A stretch of DNA of 64,000 nt from Balanoglossus misakiensis (taxonomy: Eukaryota; Animalia; Hemichordata): assembly GCA_040954595.2 (NCBI GenBank), contig CM082580.2, positions 2,408,783-2,472,782 of the forward strand, in the 5' to 3' direction. Within the stretch, counting starts at the first letter, position 1; each line of letters opens with the position of its first letter. Positions 10,762 through 25,100 of this stretch are shown one piece after another. The translations under genes and the position numbers were made by a program. Below the pieces are notes generated by a model, which was given only the letters and a program-made list of their open reading frames with translations, was not told the DNA's origin and did no database searches.

Positions 10762-13700
10762 ATTAAAGCTGCAAGCAGCATTGTCCGGGCCCAAGCTTTA
10801 TTATCTGATCTGATTATTAGATATGCACATAATTAATAAGTAGAAACATAATGCTGTGTTTTAGCAAATGAAATATCAAGGTTATATCTATGTTTGGTGC
10901 TGATATAGTGTTAAGTAGGTCAAAGGTCATCCAGAGGTCACCCACAATTTGGGCAGAAAATTTTGACCCATAGTGGTCCATGTCCATCAAAAACCAGACC
11001 TCTAGCCCTTTTGGTTAGCCCGGAATTAGGTATGCACATAAATAATGCGTAAAGCAGGTGTCACAGGTGAGCCAAAACTTTGGCTTTTAATTATGGCCCC
11101 ATACCTCCAAATGCCCAGACTGTACCTGCTTTGGATGTCGAGATATGCAAAAATAGGTCAAAGGTCATCTGAGGTCACCCAAAATTTGGGCAGAAAATTT
11201 TGACCCAAAGTAGTCCATGTCCAACAAAAACCAGACCTCTAGCCCTTTTGGTTAGCCCGGAATAAGGTATGCACATAAATAATGAGTTAAGCAGGTGTCA
11301 CAGGTGACCCAAAACTTTGGCTTTTCATTATGGCCCCATATCTCCAAACGCCAAGGCTGTATCTGCTGTGGATGTCGAGATATACAAAAATTAGGTCAAA
11401 GGTCACCCGAGGTCACCCAACATTTGGGCAAAATATTTTGACCCCATACTAATCCATGTCCAAAAAAACCAAACCTCTAGGTCTATTGGTTCATCTGTAA
11501 TTAGGTATGCGCACATTTAATGAGGTCAGCAGAGGTCAAAGGGGTCATGAAAAGTAGCACAATTTTTTGATCACATACAAACCCACATACATGAAAAACC
11601 AAACTTATAGCCCTATTGGTTAGCCTGGAATTAGATATGCAGAAAAACGATGCGTCAAAAGTAGGTCAAAGGTCATTGCCAAAATTACCAAAATATTTAT
11701 AGGTTATTCTTGTCATATGATGATTCATATCCATAAAAAGAATTTCTGTGCTATCAATTTTTAGGCTAGAAAGGGAATTTTTACTTTTTAATCGTTTTTC
11801 ACAAAATCCAATATGGCCGCCATAATCTACGACCAATCACATTCTTCTTCGCAAACTTGATAGACATCTATTTAATGACCACACACACCAAATCTTGTGA
11901 CTCGGTTATCGCCGGTTCTTGAGAAGAAGATTTTTGAAGTTTTACTATGGTTTTTCGAAAATCCAATATGGCCGCCATAATCTTCGACCAATCACAATGA
12001 TCTTCGCAAACTTGATAGACATCAGTTAGGTGACCACATACCCCAAACGGCGTGACTCGGTTATTGCCGGTTCTGGAGAAGAAGATTTTTGAAATTTTGA
12101 CCAGATTTCAGAAAAACAACTGTAGCAAAAAAACTGCAACATTGACAGCAAAATATCCAATTACAAAAATGATGGGCATTAGGTATACTAGCTGCACACC
12201 AAATTTGAGGTCAATCTGACTTGTAGTTTCTGAGATCTGAGATTTGCATTTTTTCAGAAAATCCAATATGGCCGCCAGGTCACGTGACTAATTAAAAATT
12301 CATGGGTTCAATGCACGACTACTCATTGACCTTGACCACTGTAGCAAGTTTGAAAACTGTACCTGCAGTGGTGTCTGAGATCTAGAGCGACAAAGAATTG
12401 ACATAAGAATAAAGAAAGAAAGAAAGACTGAATTAAAGCTGCAAGCAGCATTGTCGGGCCCAAGCGCTGATCTTGAATTATATATGCACAGTATGAATGA
12501 GAAGAAACAGAATTTTCTATCGGATGTATTATCTCATGACATAACAAGGATGTGTGTATTTTTGCTGCTGAAATAGGGTAAAGTAGGTCAAAGGTCACCT
12601 GAGGTCACCCAACATTTGGGAAATTTTTTTTGATCCATACTGGTCCTTGTCCAACAAAAACCAAAACTCTACCTCTATTGGTTCGCCTGTAATTAGGTAT
12701 GTGCATATTTAATGAGGTCAGCAGGTGTCACAGGTGACCCAAAAATGTGGCTTTACATTATGGTCCCATCCTACCAAATGCCATGGCTGTATCTGCTCTG
12801 GATGCTGAGATATGCGAAAGTAGGTCAAAGGTCACCAGAGGTCACCCAACATTTGGGCAAAAAATTTTGTTCCCATAGTGGTACATGTCCAACAAAAACC
12901 AAACCTCTAGCTCTATTGGTTCGCCTGTAATTAGCTATGCGCATAATTAATGAGGTCAGCAGAGGTCAAAGGGGTCATGAAAAGTAGCAAAATATTTTGA
13001 TCACACACTAATCCACATGCATCAAAAACCAAACGTCTAGCCCTATAGGTTAGCCTGGAAATAGATATGCAGAAATAATAACGTGTGAAAAGTAGGTCAA
13101 AGGTCATGTGAAAAATCGCCAAAAAATTGTAACATATTTTAGTCACATGACGATTGATATCCATAAAAAGAGTTTGTATGCTATCAATTTTTAGACTAGG
13201 AAAAGGAATTTCAATTTTTCACTGCTTTTTACAAAATCCAATATGGCCGCCATAATCTTCGACCAATCACAATGCTCTTTGCAAACTTGATAGACATCAG
13301 TGTAGTGACCAAACTCCCCGAATCTTGCGACTCAGTTATCGCCCGTTCTGGAGAAGAAGATTTTTTGAGTTTTACTATGGTTTTTCGAAAATCCAATATG
13401 GCCGCCATAATCTTCGACCAATCACAATGATCTTCGCAAACTTGATAGACATCAGTTAGATGACCACATACACCAAACCCCGTGTCTGGGTTATCACCGG
13501 TTCTGGAGAAGAAGATTTTTGAAATTTTGACCAGATTTCAGAAAAAAAATTGTAGCAAAAAAACTGCAACATTGACAGCATAATTTCCAATTACAAAAAT
13601 GATGGGCAGAAGGTAGTCTACCTGCACGCCAAATTTGAAGTCGATCTGACTTGTAGTTTCTGAGATCTGAGATTTGCATTTTTTCAGAAAATCCAAGATG

Positions 13701-16700
13701 GCCGCCAGGTCATGTGACTAATTAAAAATTCAAGGGATCAATGCACGACTACTCATTGACCTTGACCACTGTAGCAAGTTTCAGAAGTGTACCTGCAGTG
13801 GTCTCTGAGATCTAGAGCGACAAAGAATTGACACAAGAATAAAGAAAGAAAGAAAGAAGAAAGAAAGACAGATTAAAGCTGCAAGCAGCATTGTCCGGGC
13901 CCAAGCTTTATTATCTGATCTGATATTAGATATGCACATAATTAATGAGAAGAAACATAATGCTGTGTTTATCCCATGAAATATCAAGGTTATATCTATG
14001 TTTGGTGCTGATATAGTGTTAAGTAGGTCAAAGGTCACCCAGAGGTCACCCACAATTTGGGCAGAAAATTTTGACCCATAGTGGTCCATGTTCAACAAAA
14101 ACCAGACCTCTAGGCCTTTTGGTTAGTACAGAATTAGGTATGCACATAAATGATGAGTTGAGCAGGGGTCACAGGTGACGCAAAACTTTGGCTTTTCATT
14201 ATGGCCCCATACCTCCAAATGCCAAGGCTGTATCTGCTGTGGATGTCGACATATGCAAAAGTAACTCAAAGGTCACCCAAGGTCACCCAACATTTGGGCA
14301 AAAATTTTTGACCCAATACTGGTCCATGTCCAACAAAAACCAAACCTCTAGGTCTATTGGTGCATCTGTAATTAGGTATGCGCATATTTAATGAGGTCAG
14401 CAGAGGTCAAAGGGGTCATGAAAAGTAGCAAAAATTTTTGATCACATACAAAACCACATACATCAAAAACCAAACTTATAGCCCTATTGGTTAGCCTGGA
14501 ATTAGATATGCAGAAAAATGATGCGTCAAAAGTAGGTCAAAGGTCATTGCCAAAATTACGAAAATATTTATAGCTTATTCTTGTCATATGATGATTCATA
14601 TCCATAAAAAGAATTTCTGTGCTATCAATTTTTAGGCTAGAAACGGAATTTTTACTTTTTAATCGTTGTTCACGAAATCCAATATGGCCGCCAAAATCTT
14701 CGACCAATCACAATGATCTTAGCAAACTTGATAGACATCAGTGTAGTGACCATACTCCCCAAATCTTGTGACTTGGTTATCGCTGGTTCTTGAGAAGAAG
14801 ATTTTTGAAATTTTACTAGGGTTTTTCGAAAATCCAATATGGCCGCCATAATCTTCGACCAATCACAATGATCTTCGCAAACTTGATAGACCTCAGTTTG
14901 GTGACCACATACCCCAAACCCAGTGTCTCGGTTATCACCGGTTCTGGAGAAGAAGATTTTTGAAATTTAAGCCAGATTTCAGAAAAAAAATTGTAGCAAA
15001 AAAACTGCAACTTTGTCAGCATAATTTCCAATTACAAAAATGATGGGCAGAAGGTAGTCTACCTGCACGCCAAATTTGAAGTCGATCTGACTTGTAGTTT
15101 CTGAGATCTGAGATTTGCATATTTTCAGAAGATCCAAGATGGCTGCCAGGTCATGTGACTAATTAGAAATTCAAGGGTTCAATGCACGACTACTCATTGA
15201 CCTTGACCACTGTAGCAAGTTTCAGAAGTGTACCTGCAGTGGTGTCTGAGATCTAGAGCGACAAAGAATTGACACAAGAATAAAGAAAGAAAGAAAGAAA
15301 GAAGAAAGAATTAAAGCTGCAAGCAGCATTGTCCGGGCCCAAGCTCTATTATCTGATCTGATTATTAGATATGCACATAATTAATGAGTAGAAACATAAT
15401 GCTGTGTTTTATCCCATGAAATATCAAGGTTATATCTAGGTTTGGTGTTGACATAGTATTAAGTAGGTCAAAGGTCACCCAGAGGTCACCAATTATTTGG
15501 GCAGAATATTTTGACCCATAGTGGTCTATGTCCAACAAAAACAAGATCTCTAGCCCTTTTGGTTAGCCCGGAATTAGGTATGCACATAAATAATGAGTTA
15601 AGCAGGTGTCACGGGTGACCCAAAACTTTGGCTTTTCATTATGGCCCCATACCTCCAAACGCCAAGGCTGTATCTGGTGTGGATGTCGAGATATGCAAAA
15701 GTAGGTCAAAGGTCACCCGAGGTCACCCAACATTTGGGCAAAATATTTTGACCCCATACTGGTCCATGTATAACAAAAACAAAACCTCTAGGTCTATTGG
15801 TTCATCTGTAATTAGGTATATGCATATTTAATGAGGTCAGCAGAGGTCAAAGGGGTCATGAAAAGTAGCAAAATTTTTTGATCACATACAATCCACATAC
15901 ATCAAAAACCAAACTTATAGCCCTATTGGTTAGCCTGGAATTAGATATGCAGAAAAATGATGCGTCAAAAGTAGGTCAAAGGTCATTGCCAAAATTACCA
16001 AAATATTTATAGGTTATTCTTGTCATATGATGATTCATATCCATAAAAAGAATTTCTGTGCTATCAATTTTTAGGCTAGAAAAGGAATTTTTACTTTTTA
16101 ATCGTTTTTCACAAAATCCAATATGGCCGCCATAATCTTCGACCAATCACATTCCCCTTCGCAAACTTGATAGACATCTGTTTAATGACCACACACACCA
16201 AATCTTGTGACTCGGTTATCGCCCGTTCTGGAGAAGAAGATTTTTGAAGTTTTACTATGGTTTTTCGAAAATCCAATATGGCCGCCATAATCTTCGACCA
16301 ATCACAATGATCTTCGCAAACTTGATAGACATCAGTTAGGTGACCACATACCCCAAACGGCGTGACTCGGTTATCGCCGGTTCTGGAGAAGAAGATTTTT
16401 GAAATTTTGACCAGATTTCAGAAAAACAACTGTAGCAAAAAAACTGCAACATTTACAGCAAAATATCCAATTACAAAAATGATGGGCAGAGGGTATACTA
16501 CCAGCACGCCAAATCTGAACTCGATCTGACTTGTAGTTTCTGAGATCTGAGATTTGCATTTTTTCAGAAAATCCAATATGGCCGCCATGTCACATGACTA
16601 ATTAAGTATTCACAAGTCACTGCACATCTACTCATTGACCTTGACCACTGTAGCAAGTTTGAGAACTGTACCTGCAGCGGTGTCTGAGATCTAGAGCGCG

Positions 16701-18215
16701 AAAGAAGTGAACCAAGAATAAAGAAAGAAAGAAAGAAAGAATTAAAGCTGCAAGCAGCATTGTCCGGGCCCAAGCTCTATTATCTGATCTGATTATTAGA
16801 TATGCACATAATTAATGAGTAGAAACGTAATGCAGTGTTTTATCCCATGAAATATCAAGGTTATATCTATGTTTGGTGCTGATATAGTGTTAAGTAGGTC
16901 AAAGGTCACCCAGGGGTCACCCACAATTTGGGCAGAATATTTTGACCCATAGTGGTCAATGTCCAACAAAAACCAGACCTCTAGCCCTTTTGGTTAACCC
17001 GGAATTAGGTATGCACATAAATAATGCGTAAAGCAGGTGTCACAGGTGACCCCACAACTTTGGCTTTTCATTATGGCCCCATACCTCCAAACGCCAAGGT
17101 TGTACCTGCTTTGGATGCTGAGATATGCAAAAGTAGGTCAAAGGTCATCTGAGGTCACCCAAAATTTGGGTAGAAAATTTTGACCCGTAGTGGTCCATGT
17201 ATAACAAAAACAAAACCTCTAGGTCTATTGGTTCATCTGTAATTAGGTATGTGCATATTTAATGAGGTCAGCAGAGGTCAAAGGGGTCATGAAAAGTAGC
17301 AAAATTTGTTGATCACATACAAATCCACATACATCTAAAACCAAACTTATAGCCCTATTGGTTAGACAGGAATTAGATATGCAGAAATAATAATGCATGA
17401 TAAGTAGGTCAAAGGTCATTGCCAAAATTACCAAAATATTTACAGCTTATTCTTGGCATATGATGATTCATATCCATAAAAAGAATTTCTGTGCTATCAA
17501 TTTTTAGGCTAGAAACAGAATTTTTACTTTTTAATCGTTGTTCACAAAATCCAATATGGCCGCCAAAATCTTCGACCAATCACAATGATCTTCGCAAACT
17601 TGATAGACATCTGTTTAATGACCACACACACCAAATCTTGTGACTCGGTTATCGCCGGTTCTTGAGAAGAAGATTTTTGAAATTTTACTAGGGTTTTTCG
17701 AAAATCCAATATGGCCGCCATAATCTTCGACCAATCACAATGATCTTCGCAAACTTGATAGACCTCAGTTTGGTGACCACATACCCCAAACCGCGTGACT
17801 CGGTTATCGCCGGTTCTGGAGAAGAAGATTTTTGAAATTTTGACCAGATTTCAGAAAAACAACTGTAGCAAAAAAACTGCAACATTGACAGCAAAATATC
17901 CAATTACAAAAATGATGGGTAGAAGGTAGACTACCTGCACACCAAATTTGAAGTCGATCTGACTTGTAGTTTCTGAGATCTGAGATTTGCATTTTTTCAG
18001 AAAATCCAAGATGGCCGCCAGGTCATGTGACTAATTAAAAATTCATGGGTTCAATGCACTACTACTCATTGACCTTGACCACTGTAGCAAGTTTGAGAAC
18101 TGTACCTGCAGTGGTGTCTGAGATCTAGAGCGACAAAGAAGTGAACCAAGAATAAAGAAAGAAAAACCCCAACGAAACCAATACGGGCCCAAGCCTGGCT
18201 TGGCTTGGGCCCGTA
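10762..18215 (-). repeat. Five family-A units (~1.43-1.67 kb each)
   Basis: They begin attaaagctgcaagcagcattgtc(c)gggcccaagc and end in (GAAA)n. They contain ~238 bp repeats and a ~155 bp repeat (aaaatccaatatggccgccataatcttcgaccaatcac). Only the fifth keeps an adjacent head (18182-18215). Confidence 0.9.
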
Positions 18216-19287
18216 AATATAGCTGCAAGCAGCAATGGCGGGCCCAAGCCAACATAGCACATAGCAACATAGCAATAAGCATATCTGCTCTGGATGCCAA
18301 GATATGGAAAAGTAGGTCAAAGGTCACCTGAGGTCATGCAAAATTTGGGCGAGAAATTTTGACCCTATACATGTTCATCAAAAACCAAACCTATAGCCCT
18401 ATTGGTTAGCCTGGAATTAGGTATGCACATAATTAATGAGGTAGGCAGGTGTCACAGGTGACCCCCCAATTTGGCTTTTCAATTTTAGTCCCAACCATCC
18501 AAACGCCAATTCTGTATCTGCTCTGGATGCCAAGATATGGTAAAGTTGGTCAAAGGTCACCTGAGGTCTTGCAAAATTTGGGGAATAAATTTTGACCCTA
18601 TACTGGTCCACGTTCAACAAAAACCAAACCTATAGCCCTATTGGTTAGCCTGGAATTAGGTATGCACATAATTAATGAGATATGCAGGTGTCACAGGTGA
18701 CCCCTATTTTGGCTTTTCAACTTTAGTCCCAACCCTCCAAACGCCAAGTCTGTACCTGCTCTGGATGCCGAGATATAGGAAAGTAGGTCAAAGGTCACCT
18801 GAGGTCACCCCAAATTTGGACAAGAAATTTTGACCCTATACTGGTCTATGTCCCACAAGAACGAAACCTCTAGCCCTCTTAGTTAGCCCAGAATTAGGTA
18901 TGCACATAATTAATGAGTTAAGCAGGTGTTACAGGTGAGCCTAAAATTCTGCCTTTTATTTTGGTGCCATTGTGCTCACTGACCAATAGACACTCACTGT
19001 ACAGGACTTTTGCACTGACCAGAATTCCACAATAAGACATGGACATAGAGGTATAAGTAAAGGTATAAATTTATTTAAAAAATTAATATAAAAAAATCCG
19101 TCGATTTTTCATATTATTTTTTTTCGCTTAAAATTATTGACAAATGCTAGTCTAGCTGCACACCAAAGTTGGAGATGATTGGCCTGACAGATTTTGAGAT
19201 ATGTATGCATATTTATCCAAAATAATATGTGGTCATAGCTTTACTATGGAAAGTATAGGCCCATGGCTTGGTCAAAAAATATGAAAA

Positions 19288-22143
19288 ATTAAAGCTGCAA
19301 GCAGCATTGTCCGGGCCCAAGCTCTATTATCTGATCTGATTATAAGATATGCACATAATTAATGAGTAGAAACATAATGCTGTGTTTTATCCCATGAAAT
19401 ATCAGGGTTATATCTGTTTGGTGCTGATATAGTGTTAAGTAGGTCAAAGGTCACCCAGGGGTCACCCATAATTTTGGCAGAACATTTTGACCCATAGTGG
19501 TCCATGTCCAACAAAAGCCAGACCTCTAGCCCTTTTGGTTAGCCCGGAATTAGGTATGCACATAAATAATGAGTAAAGCAGGTGTCACAGGTGACCCAAA
19601 ACTTTGGCTTTTAATTATGGCCCTATGCCTCCAAACGCCAAGGCTGTATCTGCTGTGGATGTCGAGATATGCAAAAGTAGGTCAAAGGTCACCCGAGGTC
19701 ACCCAACATTCGGGCAAAATATTTTGACCCCATACTTGTCCATGTCCAACAAAAACCAAACCTCTAGCTCTATTGGTTCGCCCGTAATTAGCTATGCACA
19801 TAATTAATGAGGTCAGCTGAGGTCAAAGGGGACATGGAAAGTAGCAAAATATTTTGATCACACACTAATCCACATGCATCAAAAACCAAATGTCTAGCCC
19901 TATTGGTTAGCCTGTAATTAGATATGCAGAAAAATGATGCATCAAAAGTAGGTCAAAGGTCATTGCCAAAATTACCAAAATATTTATAGCTTATTCTTGT
20001 CATATGATGAGTCATATCCATAAAAAGAATTTCTGTGCTATCAATATTTAGGCTAGAAAGGGAATTTTTACTTTTTAATCGTTTTTCACAAAATCCAATA
20101 TGGCCGCCATAATCTTCGACCAATCACATTCCTCTTCGCAAACTTGATAGACATCTGTTTATTGACCACACACACCAAATCTTGTGACTCAGTTATCGCC
20201 GGTTCTTGAGAAGAAGATTTTTGAAATTTTACTAGGGTTTTTCGAAAATCCAATATGGCCGCCTTAATCTTCGACCAATCACAATGATCTTCGCAAACTT
20301 GATAGACCTCAGTTTGGTGACCACATACCCCAAACCGCGTGACTCGGTTATCGCCGGTTCTGGAGAAGAAGATTTTTGAAATTTTGACCAGATTTCAGAA
20401 AAACAACTGTAGCAAAAAATCTGCAACATTGACAGCAAAATATCCAATTACAAAAATGATGGGCAGAAGGTACACTACCAGCACACCAAATCTGAAGTAA
20501 ATCTGACTTGTAGTTTCTGAGATCTGAGATTTGCATTTTTTCAGAAAATCCAATATGGCCGCCATGTCACGTGACTAATTAAAAATTCAAGAGTTCAATG
20601 CACGACTACCCATTGACCTTGACCACTGTAGCAAGTTTGAGAAGTGTACCTGCAGCGGTGTCTGAGATCTAGAGCGACAAAGAAATGACACAAGAATAAA
20701 GAAAGAAAGAAAGAATTAAAGCTGCAAGCAGCATTGTCCGGGCCCAAGCTCTATTATCTGATCAGATTATTAGATATGCACATCATTAATGAGTAGAACC
20801 ATAATGCTGTGTTTTATCCCATGAAATATCAAGGTTATATCTATGTTTGGTGTTGATATAGTGTTAAGTAGGTCAAAGGTCACCCAGAGGTCACCCACAA
20901 TTTGGGCAGAAAATTTTGACCCATAGTGGTCCATGTCCAACAAAAACCATACCTCCAAACGTCAAGGCTGTATCTGTTGTGGATGTCGATATATGCAAAA
21001 GTAGGTCAAAGGTCACCCGAGGTCACCCAACATTTGGGCAAAATATTTTGTCCCCATACTGGTCCATGTATAACAAAAACAAAACCTCTAGGTCTATTAG
21101 TTCATCATCAATTAGGTATGCGCATATTTAATGAGGTCACCAGAGGTCATGAAAAGTAGCAAAAATTTTTTATCACATACAAATCCACATACATCAAAAA
21201 CCAAACTTATAGCCCTATTGGTTAGCCTGGAATTAGATATGCAGAAAAATGATGCGTCAAAAGTAGGTCAAAGGTCATTGCCAAAATTACCAAAATATTT
21301 ATAGCTTATTCTTGTCATATGATGATTCATATCCATAAAAAGAATTTCTGTGCTATCAATTTTAAGGCTAGAAAAGGAATTTTTACTTTTTAATCGTTTT
21401 TCACAAAATCCAATATGGCCGCCATAATCTTCGACCAATCACATTCCCCTTCGCAAACTTGATAGACATCTGTTTAATGACCACACACACCAAATCTTGT
21501 GACTCGGTTATCGCCCGTTCTTGAGAAGAAGATTTTTGAAATTTTACAATGGTTTTTAGAAAATCCAATATGGCCGCCATAATCTTCGACCAATCACAAT
21601 GATCTTCGCAAACTTGATAGACATCAGTTAGGTGACCACATACCCCAAACCGCGTGACTCAGTTATCACCGGTTCTGGAGAAGAAGATTTTTGAAAATTA
21701 AGCCAGATTTCAGAAAAAAAATTGTAGCAAAAAAACTGCAACATTTACAGCAAAATATCCAATTACAAAAATGATGGGTAGAAGGTAGACTACCTGCACA
21801 CCAAATTTGAAGTCGATCTGACTTGTAGTTTCTGAGATCTGAGATTTGCATTTTTTCAGAAAATCCAATATGGCCGCCAGGTCACGTGACTAATTAAAAA
21901 TTCAAGGGTTCAATGCACGACTACTCATTGACCTTGACCACTGTAGCAAGTTTCAGAAGTGTACCTGCAGCGGTGTCTGAGATCTAGAGCGACAAAGAAT
22001 TGACAGAAGAATAAAGAAAGAAAGAAAGAAAGAAAGAAAAACCCCAACGAAACCAATAGGGCCCAAGCGCTGGTATGCGCTTGGGCCCTAAAAACCCCAA
22101 CGAAACCAATAGGGCCCAAGCGCTGGTATGCGCTTGGGCCCTA
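19288..22143 (-). mobile_element. Two family-A units inserted inside a family-B unit
   Basis: The host B sequence tatgaaaaa|taatacttaaaaatc is broken at ~19288 and resumes at ~22144. Two A bodies are followed by exactly two A-type heads (22057-22090, 22110-22143). Confidence 0.92.
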
Positions 22144-25100
22144 ATAATACTTAAAAATCTTCTTCTCAAAATTGGCATGGCCAATGGCCGTGACATTTGG
22201 CAAGTAGGACACTGACCACATGGTCCGCAAAAGTTGCTAAAAGAATTTTGATATCTCCATTCATATGCAAATAAGGCCGATTTGGAAATTTTGCCCATAT
22301 ATGGTCATCAGGTCACGTGACTAATTTAACATTCACAAGGGTACTGCACTAGCTCTCATTGGCCTGCACCATTGTGCCAAATGTGAGATTTGTAGGGTCA
22401 GCCGTTTTAAAGATCTAGCTGGACAAAAAAACGACACAAGAAGAAGAAGAAGAAGTAGAAGAATATAGCTGCAAGCAGCAATAGCGGGCCCAAGCCAACA
22501 TAGCACATAGCACATAGCAAAATGGCAATAAGCATATCTTCTCTGGATGCCAAGATACGGTAAAGTAGGTCAAATGTCAACTGAGGTCATGCAAAATTGG
22601 GGCTAGAAATTTTGACCATATAGTGGTCCATGTTCAACAAAAACCAAACCTATAGCCCTATTGGTTAGCCTGGAATTAGGTATGCACATAATTAATGAGG
22701 TAGGCAGGTGTCACAGGTGATCCCCAATTTTGGCTTTTCAATTTTAGCCCCAACCCTCCAAACGCCAAGTCTGTACCTGCTCTGGATGCCAAGATCTGGT
22801 AAAGTAGGTCAAAGGTCACCTGAGGTCATACAAAATTTGGGCAAGAAATTTTGACCCTATACTGGTCCATGTTCAACAAAAACCAAACCTATAGCCCTAT
22901 TGGTTAGCCTGGAATTAGGTATGCACATAATTAATGAGGTAGGCAGGTGTCACAGGTGATCCCCAATTTTGCCCCTTCAATTTTAGCCCCAACCCTCCAA
23001 ACGCCAAGTCTGTACCTGCTCTGGTTGCCGAGATATAGGAAAGTAGGTCAAAGGTCACCTGAGGTCATACAAAATTTGGGCAAGAAATTTTGACCCTATG
23101 CTGGTCCATGTTCAACAAAAACCAAACCTATAGCCCTATTGGTTAGCCTGGAATTAGGTATGCACATAATTAATGAGATATGCAGGTGTCACAGGTGACC
23201 CCCATTTTGGCTTTTCAATTTTAGCCCCAACCCTCCAAACGCCAAGTCTGTACCTGCTCTGGATGCCAAGATCTGGTAAAGTAGGTCAAAGGTCACCTGA
23301 GGTCATACAAAATTTGGGCAAGAAATTTTGACCCTATACTGGTCCATGTTCAATAAAAACCAAACCTATAGCCCTATTGGTTAGCCTGGAATTAGGTATG
23401 CACATAATTAATGAGGTAGGCAGGTGTCACAGGTGATCCCCAATTTTGCCCCTTCAATTTTAGCCCCAACCCTCCAAACGCCAAGTCTGTACCTGCTCTG
23501 GTTGCCGAGATATAGGAAAGTAGGTCAAAGGTCACCTGAGGTCATACAAAATTTGGGCAAGAAATTTTGACCCTATACTGGTCCATGTTCAACAAAAACC
23601 AAACCTATAGCCCTATTGGTTAGCCTGGAATTAGGTATGCACATAATTAATGAGATATGCAGGTGTCACAGGTGACCCCCATTTTGGCTTTTCAATTTTA
23701 GTCCCAACCCTCCAAACGCCAAGTCTGTACCTGCTCTGGATGCCAAGATATGGTAAAGTAGGTCAAAGGTCACCTGAGGTCATACAAAATTTGGGCAAGA
23801 AATTTTGACCCTATACTGGTCCATGTTCAACAAAAACCAAACCTATAGCCCTATTGGTTAGCCTGGAATTAGGTATGCACATAATTAATGAGATATGCAG
23901 GTGTCACAGGTGACCCCCATTTTGGCTTTTCAATTTTAGTCCCAACCCTCCAAACGCCAAGTCTGTATCAGCTCTGGATGCCGAGATATAGGAAAGTAGG
24001 TCAAAGGTCACCTGAGGTCACCCAAAATTTTGGCAAGAAATTTTGACCCTATACTGGTCCATGTCCCACAAGAACGAAACCTCTAGCCCTCTTAGTTAGC
24101 CCAGAATTAGGTATGCACATAATTAATGAGTTAAGCAGGTGTTACAGGTGAGCCTAAAATTGTGCCTTCTATTTTGGTGCCATTGTGCTCACTGACCACA
24201 AGACAGTCACTGTACAGGACTATTGCACAGACCAGAATTCCACAATAAGACATGGACATAGCTTAACCATAGAGGTATAAGTAAAGGTATAAATTTATTA
24301 AAAAAATTAATATAAAAAAATCCGTCGATTTTTCATACTATTTTTTTTCGCTTAAAATTATTGACAAATGCTAGTCTAGCTGCACACCAAAGTTGGAGAT
24401 GATTGGCCTAACAGATTTTGAGATATGTATGCATATTTATCCAAAATAATATGTGGTCATAGCTTTACTATGGAAAGTATAGGCCCATGGCTTGGTAAAA
24501 AAATAAGAAAAATAATACTTAAAAATCTTCTTCTCAAAATTGGCATGGCCAATGGCCTTGACATTTGGCAAGTAGGACACTGACCACATGGTCCGCAAAA
24601 GTTGCTAAAAGAATTTTGATATCTCCATTCATATGCAAATAAGGCCGATTTGGAAATTTTGCCCATATATGGTCATCAGGTCACGTGACTAATTTAACAT
24701 TCACAAGGGTACTGCACTAGCTCTCATTGGCCTGCACCATTGTGCCAAGTTTGAAATTGTTAGGTTTAGCAGTTTTCCAGATCTACCTCGCCAAAGAAAA
24801 CGACAGAAGAAGAAAAAGAAGAAGTAGAAGAATATAGCTGCAAGCAGCAATAGCGGGCCCAAGCCAACATAGCACATAGCAACATAGCAATAAGCATATC
24901 TGCTCTGGATGCCAAGATATGGTAAAGTAGGTCAAAGGTCACCTGAGTTCATGCAAAATTTGGGCAAGAAATTTTGACCCTATACTGGTCCATGTTCATC
25001 AAAAACCAAACCTATAGCCCTATTGGTTAGCCTGGAATTAGGTATGCACATAATTAATGAGGTAGGCAGGTGTCACAGGTGACCCCCCAGTGTTGCCTTT

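Noticed and set aside
10761-10765. AATTA as a target-site duplication of the array (also at 53714-53718)
   Set aside because: ATTA is part of every family-A end (attaaagctg), so the apparent duplication is coincidental. The junction fits insertion in an A-run without a TSD.
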